Part shown: piece by piece, positions 9,910 to 19,600 of the stretch
How positions within the stretch are numbered: position 1 is the first letter of the stretch
Layout of the letters: each line of letters starts with the position of its first letter
Assembly (NCBI GenBank): GCA_949299335.1
Contig: CASGAD010000014.1
Span: forward strand, 183,186-247,185
Source of the DNA: an uncultured bacterium
Lineage (GTDB): Bacteria > Bacillota_I > Bacilli_A > RFN20 > CAG-826
Direction: 5' to 3'
DNA length: 64,000 bases
Made by a program: the position numbers and the translations under genes
Notes under the pieces: generated by a model
What the model saw: only the letters and a program-made list of their open reading frames with translations
The model's database searches: none
What the model was told of the DNA's origin: nothing

Positions 9910-9937
9910 TAATAATCCACAAAAAGAAAGTTGTCAA
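9909..9937 (-). promoter_or_regulatory. Sigma-A-type promoter of the malQ1-malEFG operon
   Basis: The minus strand reads TTGACA (9932-9937), a 17-nt spacer, then TATTAT (9909-9914). The cre, an AAGAGG RBS and the ATG at 9876 follow. Confidence 0.6.
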
Positions 9938-10159
9938 ATTGTCTTTTAATGATAATAAGCGTATTTTTATCGATTTAGGTATTTTTTAAGTATGAAATCT
10001 TGATTTTTACTTCGTTTTTTGTCACCAAATTGAAATTTATTCGATGGTTATCGCTAAATTAAAAAATTAACGCTGGTATAAAAAAATAAGGATATTTACA
10101 TTAAAATTAATATTTTTTTGTTTTTTTCTTTTTTTAATAAGAGAAAATTATTTTTTTAA

Positions 10160-11671
10160 TTATTTATGGCGATTATATTTTTTATTTAATTCTTTAAAAT
10201 AGTTTATAGTTCTTTTATTAAATTCAAACTCTAAAAAACGATAAGACCAATTAAGACTAGAATCAACTCCTGGAGTATTCGTTCTTGATTCTTTCCCACT
10301 AAAAATCATATCTTGGAAAGTTAAAGTAACATGTTCTGCTTTTGAAGCATAAACAAGTTCAATTAAGTAATGGGCGAGTTCAATAGATGAAGCGTTAGAA
10401 TCAAATGGAACATTTAACTTATGTCCTTCGCTTCTTAATCTATCATAAGCCAAATTTTTAATTGAAGGACTTGTTGATTTTAACACTTCTCTTATAGGAT
10501 CATTATCATGATTTTCTAAATATAGATAAACATTCTCGCCAGTATTAGAAGGGAGTAAATCTTCTCTAAAATCTTTTTCACTAGCAAATAAATTTTGTAA
10601 TGAAACTTGTAAACAAGGTAAATTAGTTTTTTTAGCAAATTCATCAAGATCTTTGCTATATATGCCTAAAAAAGAAGCAATAACTTTAGTTCCCTGAAAA
10701 ACATCATTAATAAAATCAAGTCCAGGGCCATCTAAAAATCTTCCTTTTTTAGCATTTGGGCTTCTAAAAGGGACAGCATATGTTTGATAAAAACCTCTAA
10801 AATGATTTAGTTTAAATCTATCATACATGTTAGAAGCTAAGTAAATTCTGGTTTTCCACCATTTATAATTAGATAACTTCATATAATCCCAATCATATAA
10901 AGGATATCCCCACTTTTGACCTTCTTTTTTATAATCATCTGGTGGAAATCCAGCAACAAAGGTAGCTAAATTTCTTTTATCCACCATAAATAAATCTGGA
11001 TTAAAATACATCGCATCGCAATCATAGGCCATAAAATGAGGTACATCGCCAATGATATCAATTCCAATTTTTTTGGCATATAAATGTAAAGCATTCCATT
11101 GTTTCATAAAGATAAATTGTTCAAAAAAATGGAACTCGATATCTTTTGCATAATGCTTAACATATTTATCTTTTACTTCCTCGTCATAATAGCGATCTTC
11201 TAAAGCCCAATCAAACCAAGCTTTAGAATTATTATTGTCCTTTATGGCAGAATATAGCGCAAATTCAAAACGATTTTTGCTTTTTTTAAAATTTATAAAC
11301 TCAGGATCTAAATTATTAAAACGCTTAAATGCAATTCTTAATGCAGCTTGTTTTGACTTAAATAAAGTCAAATAATCCACTCTACGAGGATCATCTCCAA
11401 AGTCTAATCCACGTAAGTCTCTAGTAGTTAATAAACCTTCTTCAATTAACATTTCTAAATCAATTAAATAAAAATTAAACCCGAAAGCGCTGCAATTAAA
11501 AAAAGGAGAATTTGAATAACCAGTTGCTTCTAAAGGCAAAATCTCCCAATAAGAAAAGCCACATTCATTTAAAAAATCTAAAAACTTATAAGCCTCTTTC
11601 CCTAATGTTCCAATACCATATTTACCAGGTAAAGATGTTATATGTAAAAGCACGCCACTTTCTTTTTTCAT
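10160..11671 (-). CDS. malQ: 4-alpha-glucanotransferase (GH77), divergent paralog 2
   Basis: 503 aa. Motifs: GVLLHITSLPGKYGIGT, GDVPHFMAYD, KLNHFRGF, ENHDN. It is clearly more diverged from paralogs 1 and 3 (roughly 40% by eye). Confidence 0.88.
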   Translation of the reverse strand: MKKESGVLLHITSLPGKYGIGTLGKEAYKFLDFLNECGFSYWEILPLEATGYSNSPFFNCSAFGFNFYLIDLEMLIEEGLLTTRDLRGLDFGDDPRRVDYLTLFKSKQAALRIAFKRFNNLDPEFINFKKSKNRFEFALYSAIKDNNNSKAWFDWALEDRYYDEEVKDKYVKHYAKDIEFHFFEQFIFMKQWNALHLYAKKIGIDIIGDVPHFMAYDCDAMYFNPDLFMVDKRNLATFVAGFPPDDYKKEGQKWGYPLYDWDYMKLSNYKWWKTRIYLASNMYDRFKLNHFRGFYQTYAVPFRSPNAKKGRFLDGPGLDFINDVFQGTKVIASFLGIYSKDLDEFAKKTNLPCLQVSLQNLFASEKDFREDLLPSNTGENVYLYLENHDNDPIREVLKSTSPSIKNLAYDRLRSEGHKLNVPFDSNASSIELAHYLIELVYASKAEHVTLTFQDMIFSGKESRTNTPGVDSSLNWSYRFLEFEFNKRTINYFKELNKKYNRHK

Positions 11672-11677
11672 AAGTTA

Positions 11678-11706
11678 ATTTTAAATAAATTTCTTGTTGT
11701 AGTCTA
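11678..11706 (-). promoter_or_regulatory. Putative promoter of malQ paralog 2 (leaderless geometry)
   Basis: The minus strand reads TAGACT, 17 nt, TAAAAT, 6 nt, then ATG (11671). No Shine-Dalgarno is present. AT-rich context keeps confidence low. Confidence 0.35.
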
Positions 11707-11734
11707 ATAAATTGTTATTTTTATCTTTTAAAAG

Positions 11735-11750
11735 AGAAAGTAAACTTTCT
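11735..11750. promoter_or_regulatory. Palindromic operator-like site between divergent promoters
   Basis: AGAAAGT-AA-ACTTTCT has 7-bp inverted arms. It is centred between the two putative -35 boxes of malQ2 and GH13a. Confidence 0.3.
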
Positions 11751-11768
11751 ACTTCTATTGTTATTACA

Positions 11769-11797
11769 TTGAATTTTCTACAAAATTATTTAATAAT
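11769..11797 (+). promoter_or_regulatory. Putative promoter of GH13 paralog a (leaderless geometry)
   Basis: TTGAAT, 17 nt, AATAAT, 7 nt (TAAACAT), then ATG at 11805. No Shine-Dalgarno is present. Confidence 0.4.
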
Positions 11798-11804
11798 TAA
11801 ACAT

Positions 11805-13094
11805 ATGAAAAATTATTTAAAAAATAGTGTTATTTATCAAGTTTATGTTCGTAACTTTACTCAAGAAGGAACATTTAACGCACTTAAAGAAAAACTTGAG
11901 TACATTAAAAGTTTAAACGTTGATATTCTTTATCTTTTACCAATTAATCCTATTGGTGAAGAAGGTAGAAAAGGAGATCTTGGCTCACCTTATTCTATTA
12001 AAGACTATACAAAAATTAATCCTGAACTTGGAACAATAGAAGATTTTAAATCGTTAATTAAAGCCACTCATGATTTAAATATGAAACTTATGATTGATAT
12101 TGTATTTAATCATACATCTAGGGATTCATATATAGTTAAAAATCATCCTGAGTGGATGTATCATAATAAAGAAGGAAAAATGGCTAATAAGGCTGGTGAT
12201 TGGTCTGATGTTTACGATTTAGATTACTCTAATAGTGAATTAATTGATTATTTAGTTGATGTAATTGAATATTATTGTTCACTTGGAGTAGATGGATTTA
12301 GATTTGATGTGGCTAGTTTAATCACTAAGGAGTTTTATATTAAATTAAAAAAGATGATCGACTCAAAATATCCAGAAACTATTTTACTAGCAGAAGCTAT
12401 TCATCCTTATTTTACTGAATATATTCGTAGTCAAAAATTTAACGATTTAAGTGATGGGGAACTATTTGTTTACGCCTTTGACTTACTTTATGAATATTCA
12501 TCTATTAGTTTTATGAGCGACTATCTAACTAAAAAAGAAGTTAGATATTTAGATATGTATAAAGTTGCCTCTTTATTAGAATCTACTTTGACTCCAAGTT
12601 ATGGTTTAAGAATACGTGGATTAGAAAATCATGATCAAAAACGTCTATATGAATATACTCATGATTTTACAATTATGAAAAACCTAGCTGCTTATCAAGC
12701 TTTTATGAAAGGCCCAATGTTTATATATAACGGCTTAGAAACTAAAGCAGACCACTTAGAAAACCTTTTCACCAAAGATACAATGTCTATTGAAATTGAT
12801 AAAGATTGGTTTGAATTTATTAATAAGTTAATCTCTTTTAAAAAAGACCCAATTAATTTAAAGTTAAATACCTCCACTATTTCTTTAAATAAAGAAGAAG
12901 CTTTAATAATAAAAAATACATATGAAAATAACATTTTTGCATTTGGCATCTTCCCTTTAACAGGAAATAATGAGACAATAATAAGCGTTGATTTAATTGA
13001 TGGAACATATTTTGATTATTTATCGGGTAAAAAATATGTTATCAAAGATAAATCAATTAATGCGATAAACCCTTTAATCTTATTTAGTAAATAA
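11805..13094 (+). CDS. Cytoplasmic GH13 alpha-amylase-family glycosidase, paralog a
   Basis: The track ORF starts at 11712 with a non-ATG codon. The ATG at 11805 (MKNYLKNSVIYQVYVRNF) gives 429 aa, the same length as paralog b. GH13 regions: DIVFNHTSRDS, GVDGFRFDVAS, LLAEA, GLENHDQKR. No signal peptide. Confidence 0.88.
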   Translation: MKNYLKNSVIYQVYVRNFTQEGTFNALKEKLEYIKSLNVDILYLLPINPIGEEGRKGDLGSPYSIKDYTKINPELGTIEDFKSLIKATHDLNMKLMIDIVFNHTSRDSYIVKNHPEWMYHNKEGKMANKAGDWSDVYDLDYSNSELIDYLVDVIEYYCSLGVDGFRFDVASLITKEFYIKLKKMIDSKYPETILLAEAIHPYFTEYIRSQKFNDLSDGELFVYAFDLLYEYSSISFMSDYLTKKEVRYLDMYKVASLLESTLTPSYGLRIRGLENHDQKRLYEYTHDFTIMKNLAAYQAFMKGPMFIYNGLETKADHLENLFTKDTMSIEIDKDWFEFINKLISFKKDPINLKLNTSTISLNKEEALIIKNTYENNIFAFGIFPLTGNNETIISVDLIDGTYFDYLSGKKYVIKDKSINAINPLILFSK

Positions 13095-13120
13095 GAAACT
13101 GATTGCAAGGATTGCAAATA

Positions 13121-13152
13121 AAAAATGGATTCTTTAAATGAAATCCATTTTT
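13121..13152. terminator. Bidirectional AT-rich terminator hairpin
   Basis: AAAAATGGATT / AATCCATTTTT forms an 11-bp stem with a 10-nt loop. A/T runs lie on both sides. It sits between convergent genes ending at 13094 and 13162. Confidence 0.45.
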
Positions 13153-13161
13153 TATTTGCGT

Positions 13162-14673
13162 TTAATTTCTACCATATTTAATAGCATTTTCTTTTAAAAA
13201 CTTAATTATTTCCTCTTTATGATCTAAAAATACTTTTTTACTAATTCGATAACTCCAATTTAAGTTAGATAAAGTTGCAGGAGAATTAATTCTTCCTTCT
13301 TTACCTACCGGAATTAAATCTTGAAAAAGAAAAATAGCACATCTAGCTTCATTAGCAAAATTTAAAGTGTTTACAACTTTCACTAAGTCTTTATTAGTTG
13401 GATTAGTTTTAAAAGGAATATTAAAGTACTCGCATTCCTCTTTAGCAACTTTAATAAAATTGGCTTTTTTAATTTCATTTAATTCTTCGATATATTGAAG
13501 AGTAGTCTCATTATCATGAGTCGAAGAATAACTATAAAAATTATAGGTATAGTTTCTTGGTCTCAAAATATTATCTATTTCTGTATGTTTAAGTCCATGA
13601 GATAAAGTCTTCATCCCGGGATAATTAGTTAATTTCATTAACTCTTTAAAATCATCATCAATAAAACCTAAATCTTCTGCAACTATAGGTAAATCTAGTT
13701 TATCTTTAAATAAATCAAATCCAGGTCCTTTTACCCATTTACCAAATCTAGCTGTCTTATCTTTAAATGGAATAGAGTAATATCCACTGAAACCTCTAAA
13801 ATGATCAATTCTCAGTAAATCATATAAATTTAAAGCGTTATTAATTCGATCATTCCACCATTTATAATCGGTAGATTTTAAATACTCCCAGTTATATAAA
13901 GGATTGCCCCATAATTGGCCATCCTCGCTAAAACAATCTGGAGGACATCCAGCAACTCTAGTAGGATAATGATTTTCATCTAATTGAAAAAGTTCAGGAT
14001 ACTTCCAAACTTCTAAAGAATCAAATGCAACATAAATTGGTAAATCACCCATGATTTTGACACCTTTAGAATTAGCATATTTTTTTAAACTTAAGTACTC
14101 TTCTAAAGCTTCAAATTGAGTCCACATATAAAAATTGTACTCATCTTTAAATTCGTTTTTGACTTTATTATCTACCTCTAAAGAATAATTTTTTTCTTCA
14201 TCTTTCCATTCATACCAAGCCTTTAAGGCGTTATGCTCTTTTAAAACCATGAAAACACTAAAGTCACTAAAATTAGTTTCTTTAGTTAAAAACTCTTTAA
14301 ATCCACAATTATTTTTGTCAAATCTAGAATAAGCCAAACGCAAAACTTTTAACTTATTATTAAAAATTGCTCCATAATCTACTCTAGATTCATCTTCTCC
14401 CCGATTAATGGAATTAACTTCATATTCTTTTAATAAACCTTTTTTAATTAATGTTTCTAAATCAATAAAGTTATAATTTAATCCATAATTAGATGGGGAT
14501 TGATATGGAGAATTACCAAAACTTGTAACAGTTAAAGGTAATATTTGCCATATATGCATCTTTGATTCATTTAAAAAATCAACAAATTCATAAGCCTCTT
14601 TACTAAAAGATCCTATCCCATATTTAGAAGGCAAACTAAATATAGGTAAAATAATTCCTGCATCTTTTTTCAT
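13162..14673 (-). CDS. malQ: 4-alpha-glucanotransferase (GH77), paralog 3
   Basis: The track ORF extends to 14697, but the start at ATG 14671-14673 (MKKDAGIILPIF...) matches the paralog N-termini. It has the same GH77 motifs as paralog 1 and shares a 48-nt identical run with it (13697-13744 equals 8900-8947). Confidence 0.9.
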   Translation of the reverse strand: MKKDAGIILPIFSLPSKYGIGSFSKEAYEFVDFLNESKMHIWQILPLTVTSFGNSPYQSPSNYGLNYNFIDLETLIKKGLLKEYEVNSINRGEDESRVDYGAIFNNKLKVLRLAYSRFDKNNCGFKEFLTKETNFSDFSVFMVLKEHNALKAWYEWKDEEKNYSLEVDNKVKNEFKDEYNFYMWTQFEALEEYLSLKKYANSKGVKIMGDLPIYVAFDSLEVWKYPELFQLDENHYPTRVAGCPPDCFSEDGQLWGNPLYNWEYLKSTDYKWWNDRINNALNLYDLLRIDHFRGFSGYYSIPFKDKTARFGKWVKGPGFDLFKDKLDLPIVAEDLGFIDDDFKELMKLTNYPGMKTLSHGLKHTEIDNILRPRNYTYNFYSYSSTHDNETTLQYIEELNEIKKANFIKVAKEECEYFNIPFKTNPTNKDLVKVVNTLNFANEARCAIFLFQDLIPVGKEGRINSPATLSNLNWSYRISKKVFLDHKEEIIKFLKENAIKYGRN

Positions 14674-14680
14674 ATACATA

Positions 14681-14709
14681 ATTGTATCTAAAAACACTTA
14701 TTCGGTCCA
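14681..14709 (-). promoter_or_regulatory. Putative promoter of malQ paralog 3 (leaderless geometry)
   Basis: The minus strand reads TGGACC, 17 nt, TACAAT, 7 nt, then ATG (14673). No Shine-Dalgarno is present. Confidence 0.4.
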
Positions 14710-14752
14710 TTTCAAATAGTACATATTTTCTTTCTAATAATAATTAAATATA

Positions 14753-14782
14753 TTTACATCTATGGTAAGTAGTTTCTATAAT
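14753..14782 (+). promoter_or_regulatory. Putative promoter of GH13 paralog b (leaderless geometry)
   Basis: TTTACA, 18 nt, TATAAT, 8 nt (CTAAACAT), then ATG at 14791. No Shine-Dalgarno is present. Confidence 0.5.
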
Positions 14783-14790
14783 CTAAACAT

Positions 14791-16080
14791 ATGAAAAAAG
14801 ACTTAAACAATTGTATTATTTATCAAGTATATGTACGTAACTTTACCAAAGAAGGTACATTCAACGCTTTAAAAGAAAAATTAAATCACCTCAACGAATT
14901 AAACGTTGATATTTTATATCTATTGCCTATTTCACCAATCGGTATTGAAGGTAGGAAAGGAGATTTAGGATCGCCATATTCAATTAGTGATTATACCAAA
15001 ATCAATCCTGAACTAGGCACTTTAGATGACTTTAAAGAACTCATTAAAGCAACTCATGATTTAAACATTAAAATTATGATTGATATTGTATTTAATCATA
15101 CTTCAAGAGATTCATACATTTTAAAAAATCATCCTGAATGGATGTATCATAATAAAGACGGAAATTTCGCTAACAAAGTTGGTGATTGGACAGATGTTTT
15201 TGATTTAGATACATCAAATAAGGAACTAATACAATATTTAGTCAATGTAATCGAATATTATTGTTCTTTAGGTGTTGATGGATTTAGATTTGATGTAGCT
15301 AGTTATATTGACAAGCATTTATTTATTGCTATTAAAAAAATGCTTAATAAAAAATATCCAAAAACTATTTTACTTGCTGAATCTGCATTCCCAAATTACG
15401 CTACTTATTTCAGGAGTTTAGGATTTAATGCACTCAGCGACTCTGAATTAACTTTCTATGGTTTCGATATTTTATATCAGTATAGTTCTGCTACCAATAT
15501 GTATAAATATTTAGAAACAAAAGACATTCGCTATTTAAATATGTATAAAGCAGCTTTACGTTTGGAAGATATTCTTTTACCAAATAACGCTTTAAGAATT
15601 AGAGGATTAGAAAATCACGATCAAAAAAGAATTTATGAATATACTCAAAACTTTAAAATTATGCGCAATTTAGCTGCTTATCAAGTTTTTATGAAAGGTC
15701 CTATGTTTATTTATAACGGGCTTGAAACCAAAGCAGATCATTTAGAAAACCTATTCTCTAAAGATACAATGTCATTTGAAATCGATGAAGAATGGGCAGC
15801 ATTTATAAACAAGTTAATTAAATATAAAAAAGAGAAATTTAACAAAACAATAACAATTAGTAATTGTCTTGATATTCCAGAAAACGCATTAGCATTTAAA
15901 ACAACATATAAAAATGGTAAGTATGCATTAGGTATTTTTCCTTTAAGCGGTAATGAAGAAACAATCATACATAAAGATTTCACTGATGGTGCCTATTTTG
16001 ATTATTTATCAAAAAAAGAATACATCATTAAAGACAACAAAATAATTACATCAGAACCTCTCTTTTTACATTTAAAATAA
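14791..16080 (+). CDS. Cytoplasmic GH13 alpha-amylase-family glycosidase, paralog b
   Basis: 429 aa, about 70% identical by eye to 11805..13094. It has the same GH13 regions: DIVFNHTSRDS, GVDGFRFDVAS, LLAES, GLENHDQKR. Confidence 0.88.
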   Translation: MKKDLNNCIIYQVYVRNFTKEGTFNALKEKLNHLNELNVDILYLLPISPIGIEGRKGDLGSPYSISDYTKINPELGTLDDFKELIKATHDLNIKIMIDIVFNHTSRDSYILKNHPEWMYHNKDGNFANKVGDWTDVFDLDTSNKELIQYLVNVIEYYCSLGVDGFRFDVASYIDKHLFIAIKKMLNKKYPKTILLAESAFPNYATYFRSLGFNALSDSELTFYGFDILYQYSSATNMYKYLETKDIRYLNMYKAALRLEDILLPNNALRIRGLENHDQKRIYEYTQNFKIMRNLAAYQVFMKGPMFIYNGLETKADHLENLFSKDTMSFEIDEEWAAFINKLIKYKKEKFNKTITISNCLDIPENALAFKTTYKNGKYALGIFPLSGNEETIIHKDFTDGAYFDYLSKKEYIIKDNKIITSEPLFLHLK

Positions 16081-16091
16081 AATCCAATTAA

Positions 16092-16139
16092 AAAAGACCC
16101 TTCTATTTTGATAAAAAGTCTTCAAATAGAGGGTCTTTT
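16092..16139. terminator. Bidirectional intrinsic terminator
   Basis: AAAAGACCCTTCTATTT / AAATAGAGGGTCTTTT forms a ~16-bp stem with one bulge. A T-run (TTTTATTTTTTT) follows. It sits between convergent genes ending at 16080 and 16146. Confidence 0.75.
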
Positions 16140-16145
16140 ATTTTT

Positions 16146-16634
16146 TTATGCAGCTATTATTTCTTCTTCTTTTTCTTTTATAGGAGTTAAGAATGATGCG
16201 AAAATTAAACCAACTAAAGAAATAATTAATATTACAATTGTTGTAATTGAATGATATACAGCCTCAAAAGCACTATCGTTTCCTAATTCTAAGTCACTTC
16301 CTAATACAACAGCAAAGTCATATACACGTACTCTAATGAATTCAAATGTAACGTACGTGAGGATTATCGCACTAACTACAACACAAATCATCATAATTAA
16401 TTTGCCTATTTTAGTACTGCCAAACTTAAAGAATGGAAGGATACAATAAACTAATAAAAGTACGATAGATACAGCGCCTAAAACGATTAAACCACTATTT
16501 ACGTTAGAAGAGTAATATGGAAGAGAGAAATCACTGCCATACATTGCTAATCCGACGATACTTAATATTATCGAAACGATTCCTACATAAAAACCTAATC
16601 TAAATCTTTTTACGATATTCATTACTTTTTCCAT
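16146..16634 (-). CDS. Small integral membrane protein (4 predicted TM), unknown function
   Basis: 162 aa with four long hydrophobic segments. It lies 10 nt downstream of the GH3 gene and is probably co-transcribed. Confidence 0.6.
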   Translation of the reverse strand: MEKVMNIVKRFRLGFYVGIVSIILSIVGLAMYGSDFSLPYYSSNVNSGLIVLGAVSIVLLLVYCILPFFKFGSTKIGKLIMMICVVVSAIILTYVTFEFIRVRVYDFAVVLGSDLELGNDSAFEAVYHSITTIVILIISLVGLIFASFLTPIKEKEEEIIAA

Positions 16635-16644
16635 TTTATTCTCC

Positions 16645-19600
16645 TTAATCTGCTTTTCTCTTTAAGAATGTAAATACAACGTATGTTCCAACTAAAGCAG
16701 CTGTTGTTATTGTGAAAATGGTTTCTAATGAAATTAATGTTGCCTTCCACCATGTCATATTTTCAATAACCATAGTATTTTCATCCATACCATTTAATAA
16801 GTTACTATTTGCGTAAGCATACCATTGATATTTCATATTAGTTTGTAATTGATTATTAAAGACAGGATCTTTAGATAACTCTTCAATGTTAACATCAGCC
16901 CACTCAGATTTTAGATCAGCATCTGCGCCTTGACCATTAGCCATCATGGTAAGTCCTCCCATAATAGTTTCGACAGGTCTAAACATATAAGCGCCATTAA
17001 CCATATCGGTTGTTGCTAAACCTTTAAAGCCCCGCTCTTCTCTAAGAATATTTTGCATTAAGCCTTGATGTCCGTTGATATACGATGCACCAATTCTATT
17101 AAATGCTGTCATAACTGCCAAACATTCACCGCTTTCAAAGGCTTTTTGGAAGCATCTTAATTCACCCTCTCTTGCGCTTTGCTCAGTCATGAACTCGGAT
17201 AAACCATAACGGTTATATTCGATTGCGTTAAATGCAAAGTGTTTAGGACCAACTAAACATCCGTATTCTCTAGCACCTTTAATCATATTTAATAAGGCAT
17301 AACTTGATAAAACAGGATCTTCTGAGAAATATTCATGTGTTCTTCCTTCATATGGAGATCTATGTTGATTTGCACCACCAGCCCAAATTGAAGGACCACC
17401 AGTCCAAAGTGACATATTTCCAATTTGTCTTCCATATTCTAATTGTAAATCTAAGTCAAATGTTGCCGCTACAACAGGTGCATTAGGTGTTGTGTTCAAT
17501 TTATAATTCTTAAACTCATCATCTTCAGCAACATAATATGGATTTTCTTCATCAGCTCTTTGAGCACCACCAATTCCCATTGATGAATATCCGTTAGGGC
17601 CATCAGCTTGTTTTGCTTGTGGGTTTTCAATAGACTCTAATGTCCAAGTTGTATTACCGCCAACAGCAATAATATGAATTGCATCCTCAAAATCAATTTG
17701 TTCAACTAAACTTTGTAAACGAATATCATCAAAATCTTCAATACCTTTGATACCGGCTAATGTAAGTCTTTCTGCGCCTTTATCAACGCCCCATTTTGTA
17801 TTAACAGTGCCTTCTTTAATTTCGTAAGTTTTATTTCTTAATTGAGCAATCATTTCCTCGTTTGCTTCAAGATTTTCTTGTCTAGTAGGGAATGTTGTGT
17901 CCCAATTTGATCTAGATAAATATGTAATTTCATCTTCTTTATAATAATTTAAATCTGCATCATCAAGTTGATTAGTTACTTTTGTACCATTTCTAGATGT
18001 TGAAAGTGTATTTTTATCAAATGAATTATTTTTCCAAACTTTTACATTATCAGCATCACCATCAACATTATGATTTAAATGTTTTAATACATTATTCGTA
18101 GCTTCATGTGACCCGTTACCTACTGTAAAATAATAATTACCTTCATCTAAAATCCATGTTTTAGCATTGTTGTCATCATACGAAGCAATATCTTCTAAAT
18201 CAGCAGTAATTGTGACTTTTGTTGACGATTTTGCTTTAACTTCAACTTTATCATATCCCACTAATTGAATTGCGCTCTTTTCAATGCCGTTTTCTTTATC
18301 GTAGTTTGTATATGGAACAGATACGTACAATTGAACAGCTTCTTTTCCATCAACTGAACCTGTATTACTAACTTCAACTTCCGCAGTTATTGTTCTACTA
18401 CCTTTATCGACTTTAACATCTAATAATTTTTGTTCAAAAGTTGTGTAAGATAAACCAAAACCAAAAGGATATAAGACTTCATCGTCATAATTCCATTTTG
18501 AGGCGCCTTCTTTAGCACCCTTGCTTGAAGTTGCATTAGATGTAGCAGTAGCAATTGAATCAAAGTATCTTGTTTCGTAATATTTATAACCTACATAAAT
18601 ACCCTCTTGGTAAACAGTATATGCAGATGCTCTTAAGTTTTGTGCATCAACAGCAGTAGGAACAGCAACACCATTATCTAACTTATAAGTAATTCCATCT
18701 TCTTCAGTAGTTGCAATTTTATCTAAATTTGCATAATCAAAGATGTCCCAGTTTTGAGCAGCAGGAGATACAGAATTATCATATACATAAGTATCTGGCA
18801 ATTTTCCACTTGGATTTACTGTGCCATCTAAAACATCTGCTACCGCATTCATTCCATAACAACCTGGATTACCAATCCATAATATTGCATCTATTTCATC
18901 ATCATTTGCAACTTCAGGAATTTCCATCGCACTAGATGAATTAACTAAAACAACAACTTTATCAGCTTGTTTTTTAGCCATTTCAATCATGTCTCTTTCA
19001 TCATCACTAAGTCCTAATGGATCTTTTGCACCAGCATTTGAGGACTTAACACCTTTTTCTCCTGGGATATAATCTCTACCTTCAGAATTTACTCTTCCTA
19101 AGACTACAATAGCAGTTTTATAGTCTCCAAATCCGGTTGTAGTAACACCACTACTTTTAGCTTCTAATTCAGAAAGTTTTACTTCATTAATGTCAAATGC
19201 CCAACCTTTGTCAATATAGTCTTGGCTAGTAACCATACCAAATGAACCGCTAATCGTAGAGACTTTTCGATAGATTGCTTCGCCATTTTTATCTGTATCA
19301 ACTTTATATGCTTCAGACATTGTATTATTAATTTCAAAACCATTAGATTCTAAAGCAGCAGACAAAGTAACTTGTTCATAACCAGCATATGCTGAGTTGT
19401 TTGCGGCTCCACTACCCATTTGACCGCCTAATACATTTGAATATGCAGCTTTACCAACTAATGTTACTTTTTTCTCTGTTGATTTTAAAGGTAATGCATT
19501 ATTCTTGTTTTTTAATAATACAATACCATTTGCTTCTACATCTTCAGCAAATTTTTTATTAGCTTCAACAAATTGTTTAGTAGTGCTATAGTCTGATTTG

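Noticed and set aside
9938-10159. A 220-bp non-coding stretch between malQ1 and malQ2 with several T7/A7 tracts, considered as a possible small RNA or decayed gene remnant.
   Set aside because: It has no stable stem-loops, no ORF remnants with similarity to neighbours and very low complexity. It is most likely just the 3' UTR of malQ2 and the upstream region of the malQ1 promoter.
11712-11804. Longer N-terminal extensions offered by the ORF track for several genes: 11712 for GH13a, 14697 for malQ3, 22425 for DeoR, 24543 for rhaA, 20918 for rhaD, 49431 for a permease, 7013 for malF, 56643 and 60861 for the giant proteins, and 29869 for the nuclease.
   Set aside because: The extensions begin at non-ATG codons or overlap upstream genes or hairpins. 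Internal ATGs give paralog-consistent lengths, proper signal peptides or proper RBS spacing.
13101-13117. The direct repeat GATTGCAAG GATTGCAA just after the GH13a stop codon.
   Set aside because: It is only two short copies next to a terminator, with no counterpart elsewhere in the window. There is not enough evidence to call it a binding site.
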